A stretch of DNA of 39,418 nt from Octopus sinensis (lineage: Eukaryota). Below the pieces are notes generated by a model. It had not been told where the DNA came from. It saw only the letters and a list, made by a program, of their open reading frames with translations, and made no database searches. The position numbers and the translations under genes are program-made. Position 1 is the first letter of the stretch. Every line of letters begins with the position of its first letter. Shown in pieces: positions 32,917 to 39,418 of this stretch. The DNA is taken from positions 1 through 39,418 of the forward strand of contig NW_021835510.1 in assembly GCF_006345805.1 (NCBI RefSeq), read 5' to 3'.

Positions 32917-33058
32917 TTGGTACTTTTTTATCCCCTCCAAAAGAATAAAAAGAAAAAATATTGACTTCGGCGGGATTTGAACTCGAAGCCCAGAGGGTCG
33001 GAGCAAATATGCGAAGCATTCAAACCGACGATCTGACGTCTCTGCCAGTTCGCCGTCT
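32917..33058 (-). mobile_element. SINE family C, diverged copy
   Basis: GGTACTTTTTTATCCCC...CGGCGGGATTTGAACTC...CTGCCAGTTCGCCG. Confidence 0.7.
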
Positions 33059-33417
33059 TATTGTTCTGAGCCACGCCGTATTAAACTTATGGTCAGGTAC
33101 CACAGTAAGAAATCGTCAGCCAGGGGAATAGGAAGGACTTACAAAAGAAATTTCGCAACACAGAACAATAAGTTCGGTCCTTGATAAGAAAAGCTCCCGT
33201 CACACACATCGTGTGTGTGTGTGTAGGTGTGTGTGTGTGTGTGAAACGGACCCGTCAGATATCTAAGGAACCCCTAGTCGCATCTCCAGGCCCAGACTAT
33301 TGTACCTGCAGGGCTCAGCCCCCTAAAGGCCTGATCTTTATACACACGCATAAGAGACTACATATACATTATACAGCACACACACGTATGTGACAGTTAG
33401 GCACACACATGAGAAAT

Positions 33418-33450
<33 letters not shown>

Positions 33451-33836
33451 CATTATAAGGCATCTATACAGCACATATACTTATTACATTATAAATGCAT
33501 TATATAGGAATACACACACATTACATGGGTTTATACTTTTCATCAAATAAGTTTTTCAGCCAACGACTTTTCCAAAAAACAAAACGTGATGGCCACCAGA
33601 AGAACGTCTTTGAATACTTGTTACGTTCAGCTCAGATTAGGGTCTGAGCTAACCCTAACCCCAACAACAAAGAACCGATAGATTAGATTTATTATCCCTC
33701 ACATTATTCTCGATTTTTAACATTATATGCTTAATAATAAAAAAAATTGCAAATAGTTCAAATAAATGAATAAAAAAGAAAGAAAAAAAGAAAGAAAAAG
33801 ACAAAAACGAACGTAAAAACAATTTCAATTTCTCAC

Positions 33837-34800
33837 CTGTGAAACGAATATAACATCACCTTTGCAACTAAGCAGGTATTTCACCAGGAGTTGATAGTAA
33901 GAATCACATTGGTAGATATATACATTTATAAGTATACAGTCAACGTACAGTCACTGGTTATATATATATTATATATACATATATATATTATATATATATA
34001 TGCACGTTCAGTTATGTATATATGTGCGTGTATCTATACACATATATGCAATATATAGTATTAATTATAAATATATATAATATAAATAACTATATAGGCA
34101 AATATTTATAGTTATAAATACATGTGCACGTATATATACACACTTTTCGTATTAAATCGTATGAATATTATTATATAAATATAAAAACCCGAATCTTTTC
34201 TCTAAGATTTTTTGTGAATTTTCGTTTGTTTTCTAAGTTTTGTTTCTTTTCCCCAAAATTTGTAAAAATTTTTCTCTCTTTGTCGTCCAACCGGTTTTTT
34301 TTTTTTTTTATAAGTTTTCCTTGTTGATATATTTCACTGAATATATATTATATTATATATATATATACACACATACAAACACTAGTGTACGGAGTTTAAA
34401 TGGAAATTATCCCGTCTTTGGTCGCTGTCCCAAAGAATGTATATTTTTTTTCCGCTTGTTTATGAGAAGCAGCAGCAAATAGTATGTATATATATATATA
34501 CATATATATATAGATAGACATCTGTGTGTGTGTATTTGTGTAACGCTGCGCGCGTGTATTTACATCTATTCTGGGAGTGTGTGCATGTATACGCCTGTAC
34601 AATACACCATATATATATATATACTTATGTATGTACACACATATACATTTGTCTTCCGTGTTTTGTTCTTATATATATATATATATATAAGTCGAAGGGT
34701 AGACACAGCTTCGGCGTTACTAGTATTTCTTCACGCTGTTCACTTTAGAGGCGACCAGCTCTGCCTCTGTTCACATTTAAGACACGCCAATTTCAAGTTG
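33837..34800 (-). other. Candidate first (5' UTR) exon of an unidentified minus-strand gene
   Basis: Strong donor CAG|GTGAGA at 33837/33836 followed by a U-rich stretch. Non-repeat islands alternate with TA/CA runs upstream. The start coordinate is a guess. Confidence 0.25.
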
Positions 34801-34944
34801 TTGTTACTAACAGTATAATCACCTCCTCCTCCTTCTCCTCCTCTTCTTCTTCCTACTTCCCCCTCCCTCTCTATATATCATCAGCTGTCCTTACTCCCTC
34901 CACCTTCTTCTTCTACACAGGCACTCTCTTCTCCTCACTCACTA

Positions 34945-36140
<1,196 letters not shown>

Positions 36141-36179
36141 ATTAATGAATGCATGATCCCGTATGAGTCAATGAGCGTC

Positions 36180-36205
36180 TGTGTGTGTGTGTATGTGTGT
36201 GTGTA

Positions 36206-36237
<32 letters not shown>

Positions 36238-36548
36238 GGTGTTTTCGCGCGCGCGCGTGAGAGTGTGAATGAAAATGATTGTGTGTGGTGGTCGTGGAAC
36301 GGTGTTTTATTATGGCGTCTATAAATAAGGATGGTTAAGCGCGTGCGCATACATGTGTTTACGTGCGTGCGCGCGCACAAGTGTGGTTGTGTGTGTATGT
36401 GCAAAGGGTCCGGAGCCTTATATGTTGAGTGTGTGTATGCAGGCTGTCTGTCTGTCTCATATATATATATGTTTTGTATGTATGTATATATATACGTTTC
36501 TATGTACGTGTATATATATGTATGTATATTATATATGTGTGTGTGTGC

Positions 36549-36597
<49 letters not shown>

Positions 36598-36862
36598 ATG
36601 TACCCATATATATAATATACATATATATATATGTATAATATGTATATATATATATGTACATATATGTATATATATATATATATAATATAATATATATATA
36701 TATAATAATAATATATATATATATATATACATATATATAATATATACATATAATAGATATATATTGTAATATATATATATAAAGCATATATGTGTTGTAA
36801 TGTATGAATACATATAATATATATATATATGTATTATTATATATATATAATATATGTCTTAC

Positions 36863-36894
<32 letters not shown>

Positions 36895-36895
36895 G
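36180..36895. repeat. (TG)n, (TA)n/(TAA) and (AGAT)n low-complexity block
   Basis: Read directly from the sequence. Confidence 0.9.
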
Positions 36896-36905
36896 GTTTT
36901 ACATA

Positions 36906-37229
36906 GGCGCAGCCACGAGTTTCCAGGTTTAGTCCCTGCGTGGTACATTGGGCAAGTGTCTCCTAGCTTTGAGAGTGGATTTGGCAAACGGAAACTGAAA
37001 GAAGCCCATCGCATATGTGTATGTGTGTATGTTAGTCCCATTACCGCTTGACAACCGCTGTTGGTGTATTTACATCTCCGTAACTTAGCGGGTGGGCAAA
37101 AGTAACCTATAGAATAAGTACGAGGCTTAAGAAATAAGTGTTAGGGTCGATTTGGTCGTCTAAGAAAAAAAGCCTACAAGGCGCTACTCCAGCATGGCCG
37201 CAGTCAAATGACTGAAACAAAAGAAAAAT
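36906..37229 (+). mobile_element. SINE family A copy with a deletion in the head
   Basis: GGCGCAG start, ATTGGGCAAGTGTC core and CCAGCATGGCCGCAGTCAAATGACTGAAAC end. Confidence 0.85.
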
Positions 37230-37316
37230 ATGTATGTGTGTGTGTGTATGTGTGTGTGTGTGTGGGTGTGTGTGTGTGGGTGTATGTGCATAAATAGACA
37301 CAGGCACAGACGCGCA

Positions 37317-37365
<49 letters not shown>

Positions 37366-37540
37366 GGCGGCAAGCTGGTAGAATTGTTAGCAAGCCGGAC
37401 AAAATGCTTTGCGGCATTTCTTCCATCTTAGCGTCCTGAGTTCAAATTTCGCCGAGGTCGACTTTGTCTTCCATTCCTTTTGGGGGTCGATAAAATACGT
37501 ACCAGTTGTGAACCCCCGGCCGCCTAAATACCAGGCCTTG
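37366..37540 (+). mobile_element. SINE family C copy
   Basis: GGCGGCAAGCTGG head, GAGTTCAAATTTCGCCGAGGTCGACTTTG and GGGGTCGATAAAATA. Confidence 0.85.
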
Positions 37541-37663
37541 TATATATGAGTGTGTGTTTGTGTATACATATATACAAATATATACAAGAAATGATAAGAA
37601 GACAAAGAAAAATTCCTTAACATATTTTTTATGATTCGTTACAATAGCAACTCTGCAATGATA

Positions 37664-38215
37664 TTGGGTTGTCCGGAAAGTTCGTGCCGATTTATAGTAG
37701 CTTACCTTTCGACTTATTTAAGAATATGGTTGAGTCCATAAAACAGGATTTGACTAAACCTCCAATTAGAGCACAGTTTAAGCTATCTTTTCGTGGAAGA
37801 AGGTTTATGTTCCTATAACCTGTGTTAATTCTGTAACCCTTTAAAATGGAAGATAAGAAAGTTCATTTTCGACACTTGATCCTTTGGAAACCAGACAAAA
37901 ATTGCTGCAGCTCGGCTGGGATGTGTTACCCCACCCTCCATATTCACCAGATATTGCTCCTTCGGATTTCCAGTTATTCAGGTCTTAATGGTAAAAATGT
38001 CAATTCCTTGGATGACATAAAAAGATACCTTGATGAATTCTTTGCCATGAAACCAACTCAATTCTGGGAAGAGGGTATTTTCAAGTTAAAGGAAAGATGG
38101 AGATGCATTGTGCAACAAAATGGTTCATATTGGGTTGATTAAAAATGTAATGGCAAGTATTTATTGACCTTTTTCTTTCCTTTAAAAATCGGCACGAACT
38201 TTCCGGACAACCCAA
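37664..38215 (+). mobile_element. Internally deleted mariner element, 552 bp (same family as 7009-7574, opposite orientation)
   Basis: Perfect 30-bp TIRs and TA TSD (37662-3, 38216-7). Remnants MEDKKVHFRHL / HPPYSPDIAPSDF / [26 protein letters not shown]. Confidence 0.95.
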
Positions 38216-38269
38216 TAGCTTACGCAAAAATTCAAAGTCGAAATTTACGTCATGAATAAAAATATCAAA

Positions 38270-38392
38270 TCCCTCCCTCCCTCCCTCTCTCCATCTATCC
38301 ATCCACCCATCCATCCATCCATCCATCCATCCATCCACCATCCATCCATCCATACATACATACATACATACATACATCCATCCATACATACA
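38270..38392. repeat. (CCCT)n-(CCAT)n-(CATA)n microsatellite
   Basis: Read directly from the sequence. Confidence 0.9.
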
Positions 38393-38660
38393 GATGAAAT
38401 TAATGCATCGGAGCATCTCTCTTGAGAGCGAGGGTCGTAGGCTGTGTGTCGCTTCAAAACGTTGATAAATTGAGTTACCAAGCAAATCTTATTTCTATTG
38501 GAATTCATTGCTGTTCATTTGTAGCGTGTGTGCCTCTCTGTGTGTTATGTATAAATGTATGTACGTGTGTGTGTATGTGTGTATGTGTGTGTGCTTGTGT
38601 GTTTGTGTGTCTGAAAGGAGAAAATTGTATAAGAATGAATTTTAACTACTGATATATATA

Positions 38661-39043
38661 GGCGCAGGGGTGGCTGTGTGGTAAGTAGCCTGTCTACCAG
38701 CCACATGGTTCCGGGTTCAGTCCCACTGCGTGGTACCTTGGGCAAGTGTCTTCTACTATAGCCTCGTGAGTGGATTTGGTAGACGGAAACTGAAAGAAGC
38801 CCGTCGTATATATGTATATATATATATATGTATGCGTGTTTGTGTCTGTGTTTGTCCCTCTAGCATTGGTTGACAACCGATGCTGGTGTGTTTATGTCCC
38901 CGTCACTTAGCGGTTCGGCAAAAGAGACCGATAGAATAAGTACTGGGCTTACAAAAGAATAAGTTCCGGGGCCGAGTTGCTCGTTTAAGGCGGTGCTCCA
39001 GCATGGCCGCAGTCAAATGAGAAAACAAGTAAAGAGTAAAGAG
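38661..39043 (+). mobile_element. SINE family A, young copy inserted in (TA)n
   Basis: Complete from GGCGCAGGGGTGGC to the (GTAAAGA)2 tail, with TA runs on both sides. Confidence 0.92.
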
Positions 39044-39194
39044 TATATATATATAGATATATATATTAAAATAAGCAACAAGGATATCCAGAGGTAATGC
39101 AGTACGATCGTTTCATGCGACTCCATTTAATTGAACAATGCAATCATTTCACTACATCAATTTAAAATGTTGAGCAATCTTCAGCAGCACAAAG

Positions 39195-39244
<50 letters not shown>

Positions 39245-39418
39245 CCATACACTGTAAAGAGAGGGATTGCCCAGTGCCTAAAACATCGAGCAAAGAATAT
39301 AAGTAGCGATGGTGATACCCACCACGAAGAAATGATCAAGCTCAATAACAATCTATTAAGTAACAACTACCCCAAAAGTATACTATTCCCTCCAATTATG
39401 AGGAAAAGAGGGGATGAA

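Overview
This is AT-rich, repeat-saturated eukaryotic DNA. The SINE families and microsatellite load look like an octopus (coleoid cephalopod) genome; that is recognition from memory, not verified by a search. No host protein-coding exon could be identified with confidence, and nearly all ORFs in the supplied track are translations of microsatellites or SINEs. Supported content: about 18 copies or fragments of a CORE-like tRNA-derived SINE with an internal microsatellite, several other SINE families (including a head-to-tail array at 30.3-31.7 kb), a truncated Tc1 transposon, two copies of an internally deleted mariner with intact TIRs and TA TSDs, two non-autonomous Helitrons and several short fold-back elements. 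The main result is four type I hammerhead-ribozyme (HHR) motifs from three unrelated sequence families (4.7, 16.3, 21.0 and 22.0 kb). Two of them lie inside partial tandem units of 354 and 469 bp, the layout expected for Penelope-like-element terminal repeats or retrozymes (non-coding retroelements that replicate through circular RNA). Also notable: a gap-free 97-nt hairpin, an inverted-repeat element with four octamer motifs, a fold-back element with two CRE sites, and a weakly supported minus-strand first exon near 33.8-34.8 kb.
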